Of a stretch of 64,000 nucleotides of DNA, positions 51,428-63,899 are shown in pieces. The stretch comes from Marsupella aquatica (taxonomy: Eukaryota; Plantae; Marchantiophyta): assembly GCA_973895155.1 (NCBI GenBank), contig OZ316893.1, positions 22,031,717-22,095,716 on the forward strand, given 5' to 3'. The number at the start of each line of letters is the position of its first letter. The first letter of the stretch is position 1. The position numbers were made by a program, and so were the translations under genes. A model generated the notes under the pieces. The model was not told where the DNA came from, searched no databases, and saw only the letters and a program-made list of their open reading frames with translations.

Positions 51428-51659
51428 GGTACAATTAGCAATATTCGAGGGATAGTCTAGGGTACCTACCCTGTTTTGTCACCAATGTGTTCATGATAAT
51501 AAATATGAAATGTTCCTGCATTTCTTGCTCTCTTTCAAGACTATATAACATGATCTGTTCCAAAAATGGTCATAGTAGATCTGTGTCTGGGATACAATAT
51601 TTATGTTGTATTCACATTTTCTCTGACTTTACGATGAAGACACCCCACTGTCGAATCCT

Positions 51660-52325
51660 TCCCACCGACTAAGACGCCCCCCGCCGAAGCCCAAATGGAC
51701 AAAACCTACGGAATTTGAACATAGAAAACCCTTTTTCATGTATATGATTTGGACGTTGTATTCAAATTTCACACTTAAAAAAAAAATTGTCCCTCCGACT
51801 TTACGAACACGCCCACCGCCGAAGCCCTGCCCAAATGGACAAAACCTACGGAATTTGAACACAGAAAACCCTTTTTCATGTATACACTTTGGACATTGTA
51901 TTCAAATTTCACATTTGGAAAAAAATTGTCCCTCCGACTTTACGAACACGCCCACCGCCGAAGCCTGCCCAAATGGACAAAACCTATGGAATTTGAACAC
52001 AAAAAACCCTTTTTCATGTATACGATTTGGACATTGTATTCAAATTTCACACTTGGAAAAAAAATTGTCCCTCCGACTTTATGAACACGCCCTCCGCCGA
52101 AGCCTGCCCAAATGGACAAAACCTATGGAGTCTCAACATAGAAATACCTTTTTCATGTATACACTTTGGACATTGTATTCAGATTTCACACTTGGAAAAA
52201 AAAATTGTCCCTCCGACTTTACGAACACGCCCTCCGCCGAAGCCTGCCCAAATGGACAAAACCTATGGAGTTTCAACATAGAAATACCTTTTTCATGTAT
52301 ACACTTTGCACGTTGTATTCATAAT
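51660..52325 (+). repeat. Tandem array of ~139-bp units (about 5 copies) inside the MULE
   Basis: CCAAATGGACAAAACC recurs at 51691, 51831, 51969, 52108 and 52248; the units are nearly identical along their length. Confidence 0.97.
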
Positions 52326-52617
52326 TCATAGTTACAAAAAAATTCATTCACTTGAACTTTACAAAGACAGTCGGGCCTAAATGGAAAAAAGCATGCCATA
52401 TTCAACACTTTAATAATCATACAGCACATGCACCATGGAAGGCGTACTCAGACCTAACAATTGCAAATAAAAGGCTTCACTCCTCATTGGATGGAATACA
52501 ACATCCACTTTGTAACAATTTGAACTCATTCAAGGTAGTGTTTAGGTCCATGCACAAATGTGCCCTACTACCATCTAACTTCCCAATACAGTGAATAGTA
52601 GACTGTGATGTATATGT

Positions 52618-55600
52618 CTATTTTGTGATATCTACTTCATGAGGTAGCCCAAAATAAGGGCAATTATCAGCAGTTTCTTCAGCAAGTTCAGTGATGCGCC
52701 GTGCCCACTCATAATCCAAGGAGTTTTGAATGCGTGGATTGGAAGGCATAGTACCACTGCCTATTGTTGGTGCTCCAACGGTGACAAGCCACTCACTTTC
52801 TCTAGCATTGTTCACATTGTCATGCTCTTCCCCTTCCACCTGCGCATTACAATAACACTAGAATAAGTAAACAAATTCTTATGAAACTAGGACTTTTATA
52901 TGGACCTTCTCTGTCTTGCAACATTATAACATTTGGTACCTGCTCATCATCTTCAGTTGCTTGGGCAACTGAAACTTCTTTGCAAGATCGTTTGTTGTGG
53001 CCAACCTTTCCACACCTGCTGCACGTACACTTTACATTACCCCACTTCCTTTTCTTAGGTAGGATCTCAACCATTGGGAGGCCACTCGCAGAGTTTGCAC
53101 TTGGAAACGGGATGCCTCTCTCATTGTCATCATCCATTGGATATCTGAGACACAACCTTCCTGTTGGATCAAGATGGAGGTCCTCCCCATTCCCTAAAGC
53201 CCTGGAACAAGTTTCCCCATGAATTCTTACCATTCTATGTCGCCCATTCACTATAGCAGGCTCTGGAGCATGACAACTTAAGCTCAATGGAAGGTGAGTG
53301 GAAACAAAGCTAGGTAATACACCATCATAAAGTAAAACCAAAGACTGTGTCCGCCAGCATTTATGAAAATGCCTAGCTGGATTCTTTCCTGTTTCATCAT
53401 CCCATGCCAGCATATGTTGGCATGGCCAAACCATCTCCTGCAGCTCCATGCAAGTGCACTTTGGTTTTGGTGACAAAGTGACAAGATACTCCTCACTCCC
53501 TGTTGTAGTCTGAATTTTGGCACTGGATTGACCATCACTGAATACCTGTAGCATGACAGTATGAAATATGAAGCGTGAGACAATCCATCCTCCACATGTG
53601 GTGAAAATGTTCGTTACAAAAGGAAAAGAAAGAGCCAATTTGCACCTGGAATTGTTGGAAGTTCTGCAAGTTGGTATTGTATCATAGTTGTGTTGGTTTT
53701 GACAGTGGTTCTTGTCTGCATGCAACCTCTATTCTCCTGTCTTTAAACTTTTGTTGAATGTACACCCAAAGAGCCACCAACAACTTTCCAGGTGCTAGTA
53801 GACGGAATGGTAATAATCCAGAATTTGCTTGCTGGGCTGGATTACTTGTGACCTTACCCATGCGAGGGAGTGGGAATGCATGCCTGGCATAACATTTCAC
53901 ATCCAGACCGCAGATGTAATGTGTTGCATCAACTCCCTTGCCGGCTATCAATGAACTAGACAGTCGATCTAGCACAGACTCATATCTGAATTGAAAGAGA
54001 CAGAATACATGAGTGACAATGTTTACAGAGACAGAATACATCAAGCACAATGTCAAAATATATAGAATACATCAAGCACAATGTCTGAATAGGCAAATTG
54101 CTTTCATATTGGTCCTAGTGAGTGTATTTACTTACTGGTGCACATCATTGGCATAGACACATCCGTAGAAGAATTCACTTGTTGTTCTACCATGCCTGGT
54201 CTTCATGTTTGCCCTCAAATGATTTGCGCACTGTGCATGGATCTTTCCTACTGTCCAAAAATAATAAATTAGATTTTGTACTCCAGTTAGCACAATATCA
54301 TCATAACTCTCAAATTTGACAGAATTAAGCAATGTAAGTGTGGAAGGGTGTTACCTGGCCAAATCTGACTTACAGTAGCAGTGAGACCCTTTTGACGATC
54401 TGACATGATGACAATGTCTTGACTACCAATGCCATATACAGCTCTGTCCATTAATTCTAGAAACCAAAAGCCAGTTCTCTGTGTTTTCAACTGGTGCTAC
54501 TCCATAGCAAAGTATGACACCGTTTGAGTTCCCATCCAGGCATGTAGCTAAAAATAGTTGAGTTGGATATTTTCTATTCTTGGTGTGACAAGCATCTAAA
54601 CTAACCATCGGCTGAGTATAGTTAAGTGCTTTCCTGGTGGCAGATGGACATATGAATGCTCTGCAAAAAATGGTGGAGTCCTCCATAGTGCACCAATGTG
54701 CAACACAGCCAGGGTCTGTCTCCCGAATCCTGTCAATCAATGCTGGGATCATCTGAAAAGATGATTTCTGTGAGCCAGCGGTCCAATGCCCTACAAGATC
54801 TTTGCCTCGCCACATTTGCTGGTAGTTACTTCCTCGCTTGTAGTCACCTTGGAAACCAGACAGCAATTCCTTCACAGGCATTTTCAGATTTCTGATGATT
54901 CTTGGAGCCAATGTTACCCCCAACCATGCAGACTTGTGAGTAGGAGCTCTCCACTTGTGAATGTGAGCAGCACAAGTATGTGTTAGTTCACATACAGTGA
55001 TAATATGACCCCCACCCTTCACTCTACTGCAACGTACTCTGAAAGGACATTCCTCCTCTGAGTAAAGCAAGTCTTCTGGTCCTGGTTGAGAGGGCTTAGA
55101 TCTGGACAACTGTCCACAAGCTCCAGTTGCAGATGGCTTCCTAGTTTTCTGTTGACCAGGTTTACGTGGGTGTTGCGAACCAGGTAACCAAACGCTAGTG
55201 TGTTGGACTATGGACTTTGGTCTGTTGTGCACAACTCTTCCTTGTGTAGACAAAACAGTATTTCTGTGCACAGTTTGTTGTACAGATATAGGTGCATTTT
55301 GGTGCACGGATTGTTGTGTAGACAATGACACATTTGTCTGCATGGTGTTTGCTTGAATGGCTGAAAGCGGTGCACGAGGTTGCTGATGAGCAAGAGTGAT
55401 CTGATTAATGACATTATGAAATTGACGATCTTCAATCTGCAAAACCCCATGATTGTACACACCAAGAATTTGAGCAAGTGATTGTAGGATGTCCCAAAAT
55501 AAAAAAAGGTGTGGCATTGGTGGCAGTGGCGTGGCAGCGGCAGCACACACCTCTGCTTGACTGCAATATCTATTCTCTTGTTGTGTAGTTTGCTGCAATG

Positions 55601-56303
55601 TTTGAGACCTTGGTCCTTTCGATCGTCTTCCACTCCAATGGCCATATCTGCTATGAAACTCATGCTCACCTTCTGACTCTTCATCCTCTTCCTCAAATTG
55701 AAGCTGCCACTGGTTTGGTTCCTCCATAGCATGTGAACCAATGCTATCATTGTCACCATGGTCATCACAAGCTGCCTCATCATCGACTACCTGTTTTGAT
55801 CTAGCAATCTTTCCAAACCTGCATACACGAATACATCGATTTGCAAACGTCTTGTATCTGGACATGGCTTGACCATTCATCACAGCCAGAGAATCTAGGC
55901 ACCAATCAAACTCTTCAAAGCTATTGAAGTGCTCTCCCAACTTGATTCGAGCAGCCTCTGCTGCCACTGTAATAGAGGAAGACATGTCATCACGTTAATA
56001 TGTATACAATGACATCAATGTTCATGTGCGGAAGCTACATGCTTGGATGGGAACTCAAACGGTGTCATACTTTCAAATCACATTGGACTGACACACATTG
56101 TATGAAAATAAGAAATGTCCAGACAATCTGATGGCACCTTCTTCAGCAGTTCTGCCATCCAATATCCTCGGGGGGTTCTCAACATTCTTTCGAGCCCTCT
56201 GAAGTTCTTGTGTGTCTTGGATTCGTGCCCTCTCATGATAGGGGACATTGACTTCCCAAACATCACCTTTGGTCCACAAATGCATTGAGTCATTGTCCTC
56301 CAT
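52618..56303 (-). pseudogene. MURA-like Mutator transposase (MULE DDE domain, SWIM finger, zinc knuckle), disrupted
   Basis: Motifs CPFRVRC, VSLDACH..KY...LFLA..LDGN, IMSDRQKGL, HAQCANHL..N, TSNPAQQANS, SWIM CTC...WPCQH and knuckle CSRCGKVGHNKRSC. A putative first exon 56303-56138 splices in phase to 55966. There is a +1 frameshift at ~54468 and an in-frame TGA at 53682-53684. Confidence 0.92.
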
Positions 56304-57168
56304 GCCTGACACTGTCCCTCTAAGCGTACTGTACACATTAGGGGAGTGGAAACACTCACGACCCTGCCGTGCGAGCTCACGCGCAAAGCATGTGCACAAA
56401 AAAAGTGTCGTGTGAAATGACAGGAACGTGCAAAAGTTCTGTAACATGTCAGTGATTTGGCGGGTCATCCTCTGAAAACATTATCCACCCTGTATTCTAT
56501 TCAAGATATAAGCATGTTTAGCTTTTTCGCGCCTAAGCCAACGGTTACTCCAAACCCTAATTTGTTTAACTATATATAATCTAATACATTTTTTTATACA
56601 TGGTTGTAAATGTCTACACTGCTTTGTATATGTTGTGGTTGCACTATGCTTGGTTCATCCAACATTGTGGTCATTGTATACAGTGATGTCAATGTATACA
56701 TGATCTAACTATGAGGCTCTATTTCATTGTGCGGCCGCACAACATAAGGTTTGTTTGACATCACGGTTCATGTTTGTACGCATTATTGTCAATGTCTACA
56801 TTGTGGGATACATTGATTCACTCGGAACTGCGATCGTAGTCGACCGCATTCGGCGACGCGGTCGGACACTGAAGAACAGTAGAACATGCTGCGTTTTACA
56901 GTGACAATCTCACGTTATAAGAATTGCACAATGTGTTAGAAGAACATATCACACGAAATGGTACCTCTGGTGGGCCCAGAGGTCCACTGGGAGGGCGTGG
57001 GAAACTTTTGGTCCATTAAGAGAGAAAGTTGCATTTGGAGGTCCACTAAGTATATCTCTCGAGTTATGAGCTATATTTGATCAAAGACATATAGTCTGAG
57101 TTATGAACTATACTGTCTCCCTTATGTCTCCCCGCATAAGCAAGTAGACATATGGTCTCCCTATACCA

Positions 57169-57332
57169 ATGGCGACTGTATGACCTTAATCCTACACATT
57201 TAGTGCCTAAGTATACCCTCATAATGGCGGCTGTATGACCTTAATCCTACACATTTAGTGCCTATACCCTCATAATGGCGATTAATCCTCCACATTTAGT
57301 GCACTAAAACACTAATACTATACATTTAGTGC
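57169..57332 (+). repeat. Short degenerate tandem repeat
   Basis: AATGGCG.CTGTATGACCTTAATCCTACACATTTAGTGC occurs twice in full plus partial copies. Confidence 0.8.
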
Positions 57333-59074
57333 ACAAAAACACTGACCATATTTGAAACCAACGTGTCTGTCAACTCTCTCAAGTCCTCGAGCTCGAGAAG
57401 TACTGTACAGAAAGTGGCGACTTGGAACGACGATTCCCCCATTGACAAATTGAGCGGAAGCAATTGACCACAATCCGACCGAACATTTTCCCGCGCATCT
57501 TAATTTAATTGAGAAACCTGGATACACGTAAGTTTCAGAACTCTGTAATCAGAAGTAAGATACTTTTTAATTCGATGGTTCCCGCGTTTTCTGACCCCTC
57601 TCCCTCCCCCCTTTTCTTTCGAATGCCCCAATCGGATGCAGTCCCGGACAAAACTCAATTCCTTGAGATGGAGCGGCAATGCAATTCTCCCATCCTGGTG
57701 AAGCCGATGATGGGATGCAGAGAGCACTGGTAATGTCGGTGAAGCTGAGCTCGAATTGAAGTGAACAGAATTGAGTGTAGAACGCGGCATCACGAGGTGA
57801 ATTCTGCTTTGTGGGTGTTCTCTGGAGCTTGCGCGTAACAAAGGCCTCTCGGTATGGGAGATCCGTTGTTTTAGAGGTGACGGGAGTGAATTGTTCGATG
57901 CCGCTGGTGGTCGACTCTCTGAATAGACGCTGGTGGAGAAGAGGAGGACGGCTCAATTGCTGCCGGAGCAGTTCTCGTGTACTTTACGGGCCACTTGATT
58001 CGAGTTTCTCTACCTTGCTGACCAGTTCATGGTCAAGTAGAACTATTGCGGCGCTGTTGGCATTGGATTAAGGCAATGCAATTCGGATGATTGTCCCATG
58101 TGTCAATGGCAGGGAGCTGCCAATTGAAAGCTGCGGTATGCGGGCTTCAGGCTTCTGTCAGTTCTGGGAATTCCGTGTGAAGTTTTGCAGAACACTGTTA
58201 AATATGCGGTGCACTCCATACTTCTCTAGTGGATTTGATGTAGGATATGGAACATATGTCTGAACGGATGTCATCATAATCCTGTGGGAGTTAGATGATG
58301 TTCTAGTTTGAGCTTTTGTTGGGCTTTCGAGCCATTTAAGGCACTACGTTATTGGATCATCTGGTGACTGTTCACAGGATTTCGGATTGAGTGAGAGACT
58401 GAAGCAGCTGAACCATTAGTACCCGCAGCACAGAAGTCTCTACTGAGGAAGAGGGCCACAGCACTTTCTTGTCACAGTCCGCCATTTTTGTACGTTCAGG
58501 GCAGAGAGGGAATCTCTGCTCAGCTGACTCTGTCACGATCCAACTAAAGACGAGAAACCTCGGTCATGCTCTCCTCTCACGGAAATCTTATGACAGATTC
58601 AATACCTTTGCCTATGCTAGGTTTCGGGTGTATCATGAAAAATACAACATTGGACGTCTTGATTCGACTCAACTCTTTAGGACGTTTTAGGATTCGAAGT
58701 TCAGGTCGTGCGGTGATGTGAGTGACGCTTTTTGAATGGCACAAGATTACCGATTCTTCTCCTACCCAGAAAGATTGGAAGATAGAGAGGAATGCAATTA
58801 GATATCCATGGAGAAGTCCTATCCAATGTACGCGTTGTCCAAGTCATGTGAGCTGATAGCCTAATGCTCGACGGCAGAGACAAAATCAATGGTCCTCCAG
58901 CAATATTTGATGGGCTTTTTCTCTCTAAAGCTCGTTGTTTAATCACCCGCCACACAGACGCTGGATCTCCACTGATTCACGAAGATACACAAACAAACTA
59001 CCGAGTGTCATTCACCGCAGGTCACCTCCTTGATCCTGTCATCAGTGATGGATATTGGAGTAAGTACAAGAAGT

Positions 59075-60782
59075 ATGGCGAAGAGGATACGAGAGGCGCG
59101 GAGGTGGTCCTTCCTTCCAGTTGACATCTATTTGAAGATCTTCTCTCTTCTTCCAGCTCAGGACATCGCTTCTTCATGTGCTTTGGTGCGTCGGTCTTGG
59201 CGTAACTATAGTAGCAGTGAAGCGTTGTGGAAGGGATTTTGTGAGAGGGGTGGCCTCCGAGATCCACTGGATGCTTTTCTCTTCAGAACATGGAGATCTC
59301 TCTATGGTGCTGTGTATGGGACGAACTTGATTGGAAGCCCACATTTTGAGCGTATTGATCGTATTGATGCCAGGCTTTTCAAAGCTAGAGTCCTGAGGAA
59401 TTGTGAGCCTAAGTATACTATATGCCCTGATCAGCTCTATTCCGAGGAAGAACGGCACGATGAGCCCCAGAGTTACTGCCACTGGATGTGTGATGGCGGA
59501 TCCCGGTTCCAGCGTGGTGGTGGAGATGGCATCATTCGAGAGTGTCCACCATTAGACTGCCAACCATTTCCAGGTGCCCCTGGAGAACCAGTCCTGGCAA
59601 CGAGCTATGATTGGGGGAATGTTTATCAGATTGTGGATCTCAACCTCTTCCCCAGGAGGTTTTTGGACTCGGGTCCTCCTTTGGTCGTCTCAGTGTGGTA
59701 TGCGGGGAGAAAAGGGAGTATTGGCTTGTTCAGAATCCAAGTGGGTTTGCGCGATAGAAACAACAAGATTATATTTTCAAAGTGAGAATCCTTGCCTACA
59801 CTGAAATTTTCTGTAAAATTGAAATTGTTCGCGTTTCTATATTCTCTCATTCCACTTCCTTAATGCCCTAAGCAGCATTCCCGTTTCCATGCGCTTTCAA
59901 TTGTGTTGCGTTAAACCCCTGCAAAGGGGGAAAAGCCATTCAGTATTTGGAATTTAGACATAGAACAGTGATTTGAGCTCGGGATCTATATTGGCTTGGA
60001 TGCGGCTCTGAGAACTTATCCTGATCAAGAGAGCTTACGGGCTGGTTAGATTTGTCCAGATGCATCGTAGTTGAATTGCCATATGTTATTGAGAATTTTA
60101 GAAACTACGTGAACTTAGTGCTGCACGTCCCTCTTTCTCAAAGTAAGGTCCTCATGATTTCCCCTCGTTGATTGCCTTCGCAGATTTTCAGGGGATCTCA
60201 GGGCCCAACCAAATAAATGGAAGGAAGCAAAAGAAGTAATTTTTGGCTATCCCACGGTAGGTATATCTTCATTTTAATACGATGTTCTAATTCACTTTTG
60301 AGGATGATTATTTCAGAAGAAGGGGGAACAGACGGATGGTAGTTTCGAGCTTCTCTTTTTAAAAGGAGAATCGCGATCACAAAACTCGCACTGCCTACTG
60401 TCGCAATCTATGGATTTAATTCGGCAAATAAGGATTTCCCTCTGTAATTTGCTCTCTCTTTGGCCCTTTCCGGCTTCAAAGTGAATTAAGCCTTGCATTC
60501 TTATTGTTTCTGCAGGGAATGCGATCAATTGTCGTGAAGTTTAGTGGCAGGAGTATGGGGAAGAAGAATGGCTTCCATGGTACTAAGTATACTGCAGTTC
60601 GATTGAAATTTACGACAGTGACCGAGGCTGTGGTAAGTCGCACAACTACTATGAGCACATTCTCGTTCTTCTTGCTGCTAGTAATTTCTGTGTTTACATC
60701 TGTGCCTACTTTTCAGCAGAACAGAAACACTCAAGGTTGCCACCAATCAAACCACGGATACTCCCGCTGCAAGTTTAGCTAA
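59075..60782 (+). CDS. F-box protein with FBA (F-box-associated, FBXO6/44/Fbs-type) domain
   Basis: F-box LPVDIYLKIFSLLP..DI...CALV.RSW.......LW is followed by NLI..P.FE, ATSYDW....QIVDL, LDSGP...VSVWYAGR, W.E...IF.YP.GMR.I and GF.GTK. Exons 59075-59781, 60184-60256, 60516-60632 and 60717/60720-60782 are in phase. The start (59048 alternative) and last exon are uncertain. Confidence 0.85.
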
Positions 60783-61606
60783 AAACTGAAACCAACAAAT
60801 ATAAGTTCCCCCGTCCTCTGTTTGTACAGTTCTGAAAGGATGCTCGGGCGTTTACCCTCTACCTCGTTCTAACCATCTAAGGTGGCGCTGCAGGTACAGA
60901 TCTGTGAGGGCTCAACATTATCGATATCTCCTCCCATCATAGAGGAGTCTTATGCCAGATCTATCAGGCCAAAGCGAGCATAGGCGAGACGCTTTCTACT
61001 ACCGGAAGACTGAGTGAATGCCAAGTAACTTTGGAGATATTTAATTACAATTCAATTACGTAAGGAAAGGCTTGTTATTCCAACAAGCACAGCGCGACGT
61101 GGATTGATATCAATTTATTCATGAGAGTGGGTTCAGGACCAACACCCCCAAAATTCTAGTTTAATGAGAAACAACAGGATGCGGACAATTGGAAGCTGTG
61201 ACATTCATGTTCAGTTTCCTGAGGCGTTCACGACGTCTAGCAGCTCTCTTGGAATGCAAAGTACCCTAAACCACAATTAGGCTCTCAATCTACACAGGGC
61301 AACAACTTGAGTTATGAGATGTCCTTTTATTCAAGCACTTACAAGTACAAATACAGTGACAGAAATGCAACCCGTGCTAGCAAACATGGTTGTTTTACCT
61401 CGATGCATGGGACCTGGACCCCTGCAATCAGCGTTGTTCTTGAAAAGTGTTATACAACGGGATACAAATGGATGCGGGGCATGTAGGTGGACTTTCTGCT
61501 TCTACCCAAGAATCAGCACTGACTGGTTATAGATAGCAATGGCGATTCCGAATCATGTACAGGTAGAGTTTGTCCATCGAAGGCTGCCCCTTGTATCTAC
61601 GACTAA

Positions 61607-61745
61607 ACTTTGGTGGGAGAAATTCTAGCAATATGGTACGAAGCCCTTTCATTGCCTGATGAGCTGCTGCGACTCAACTTTGGTGGGAGCAATTCTAGCA
61701 ATTTGGTATGCCGAGAATCGAGCCCGTTCATTGCCTGATGAGCTC
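61607..61745 (+). repeat. Direct duplication of ~60 bp
   Basis: AACTTTGGTGGGAG.AATTCTAGCAAT.TGGTA...TTCATTGCCTGATGAGCT occurs twice. Confidence 0.8.
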
Positions 61746-62930
61746 CTTTCCATTAGTATCTGTTACTTCTCATGCTGTTTAGAAGGAAGCATGAGAACTC
61801 ATGCAGAGGCCCAGGCTTTGAGCAAGGTGCAGCAATTTTGACTGGATTGTATAGAGCGGAATACATTAGAGTTTATGAGCTCCATCAAGCGCAGTTTTTA
61901 TCTACATGCAGAGTATCCTTCCTGGGTATGCTTGTAGTGGCAAGAGATGTCAAGGTCAGCAACTGTGTAAAATCGAGGACGAAATCAGATTACGATTGGG
62001 GGCCCCATGTTTCTGGCTCTATAAATTGTGGTCCGGAAATTGCATTTCGGTCTGTCTTTGCAATTCTGCCCTCTGCCCGGTTGTGATGCCGTTGGGCCGA
62101 CTTTACCCCTACGTTAGCCTTCTCATGACTTTCAAGCTTTGATTGTCAAGTGTCTAATCCATTTCTGAGCTCATAGCCATTGTGCTACTGACACGAGAGA
62201 GGAGCTGAAGGAGCATGAAAGGTCCGTTTTTGGTTTGACACACGGCTCGTTTTGCAGCGTCCACTTGTTGCTGCACCTTTTTAAGCTTTTTCTCCAGACT
62301 TTCCGTATGTGTCTGTAGGTGGCGTTAAACAAGAGCTGACATGATACGCCCAGATTTTGCTTGGAATAGTCCCACATCAACCTCTCGCTGCATCCCACCT
62401 GGTGCATGAGAATGAGAATCGCCTCCCATGAACAATATCAACCTGAGGGATCACATTTAGGGGTGGCAATGAGCTGGCGGGCAACGATTTCTTGTCCCAG
62501 AAAGGTTTAGAGGTTACCTCACTTGGAGACCGTTTCACCATGACGATGGTCGCAGTTTAAGAAAGGCGGAAGGGTTCACTCTTCGGCTGAAGATCTATCA
62601 TTGAAAACGGTTCTTGAATTGAATTGACTTGAATTGAATGTGAAAGTCGAATTAGAAATAGAGGTAGGCAGACTACAAAGTGGTATTTCTGCCAGAACAG
62701 GTTATTGATAACAATGGTAAAGAATGAAGTGTAACCAAATTCTGTGGCACATATTGAAAGTTGAGATTACCGGCTGTGTTTAATCCAAATCTAGCAATTG
62801 CCAGACAGAAACTGCCCCCGCAGGCTTGAGCCGCTGATGACAGAATGCAGAGAACATCAAGGGGGTGCTCAATGGCTTTGAATATGTAAAGACTTTCTTT
62901 GCCACCTATAATTGTGTCTGCCCACTGGCG

Positions 62931-63899
62931 ATGGTAAGACGTATGATGCACTGTGGTTGCCGACGGCTCACTATTGTGGCAAACGCGACGTCAGGTCGAG
63001 GCAAGGTTTTTCCACTCCAGTGTTCCTCTCTTCACGCGGGAAGGTCAATTCTCCCTTCAAAGACCATGATGCCGTCGAGTGAAACCTTGGGTGATGCTTC
63101 AGCTACGGCTGTCCATGCTGTAGCAGTGAACGGATTCAATTCGGATTCCCAACTGTATGAGACTGCCAGGCCCAGTTACCCAGCCGCTGCAGTGGCCTAT
63201 CTCCAAACCAACCTGGGCCTCATCCCTTCTCAATCTCACGTTCTTGATCTGGCTTCTGGCTCTGGCAAGTTCACTCGCCTTCTCCTACCACAAAAGTACC
63301 ACCTCCTAGCTGTAGAGCCCTCCCCATCCATGCGAGCAGTCTTTGCTAAAGTATTACCAACAATTCCGATTCAGGAGGGGACGGGAGCCTCCATCCCTGT
63401 AGAGGATGGCTCCCAAGATGCTGTCGTAGTTGCCCAAGCCTTCCACTGGTTTGCCAACATCGAAGTGCTCAAAGAGATTCACCGAGTCCTCAAGCCAGGC
63501 GGTCGGCTAGGGTTGATATGGAACTTAGAAGATCGGAATTCTGCAAAGTGGGTGGCTAGCTTGAGAGATTTCTATGAGAAGTATGAGATGGAGACTCCAC
63601 AGTATAGGCTGGGACTGTGGAGACAGGTCTGGGGCACGGAGGAGGCCAAGAAATTGTTCACCGAGCTGCAGGAGGACCACTTTCAGCACGTGCAGCTTTG
63701 CACTGACGATATGGTTTGGGGAAGAGTGGCCAGCAAGAGCTATGTGGCCTGTCGATCTTCTGAAGAAAAGGAAACTTTGCGAGAGGAAATTTTGGGAGTT
63801 CTCAGAACCGCAACGGATTTGGAGCGGGATCCAGCACTCGGGCTCGTGAAATATCCATACCAGACAGATGTCTATTGGTGTGAGAAATTGGATATTTAA
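62931..63899 (+). CDS. Class I SAM-dependent methyltransferase (Methyltransf_11-like), intronless, possible transit peptide
   Basis: YETARPSYP, motif I VLDLASGSGKFT, AVEPS..MR, DAVVVAQAFHWF and EIHRVLKPGGRLGLIWN. The start codon is uncertain (62931, 62943 or 63066). Confidence 0.93.
   Translation: MVRRMMHCGCRRLTIVANATSGRGKVFPLQCSSLHAGRSILPSKTMMPSSETLGDASATAVHAVAVNGFNSDSQLYETARPSYPAAAVAYLQTNLGLIPSQSHVLDLASGSGKFTRLLLPQKYHLLAVEPSPSMRAVFAKVLPTIPIQEGTGASIPVEDGSQDAVVVAQAFHWFANIEVLKEIHRVLKPGGRLGLIWNLEDRNSAKWVASLRDFYEKYEMETPQYRLGLWRQVWGTEEAKKLFTELQEDHFQHVQLCTDDMVWGRVASKSYVACRSSEEKETLREEILGVLRTATDLERDPALGLVKYPYQTDVYWCEKLDI

Larger units (their letters stand above)
46622..57060. mobile_element. Complete Mutator-like DNA transposon (MULE), 10.4 kb, with accessory genes
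   Basis: 69-bp perfect TIRs (GAGAGATATACTTAGTGGACCTCCAAATGCAACTTTCTCTCTTAATGGACCAAAAGTTTCCCACGCCCT; 46622-46690 / 56992-57060). 10-bp TSD GAGTTATGAG at 46612-46621 and 57061-57070. Internal MULE transposase. Confidence 0.97.

Noticed and set aside
51660-52331. CRISPR-like array, or repeat-protein ORFs
   Set aside because: The units are similar along their whole length with no unique spacers, and no cas genes are present. Unit length varies 138-140 bp, so the frame is not kept.
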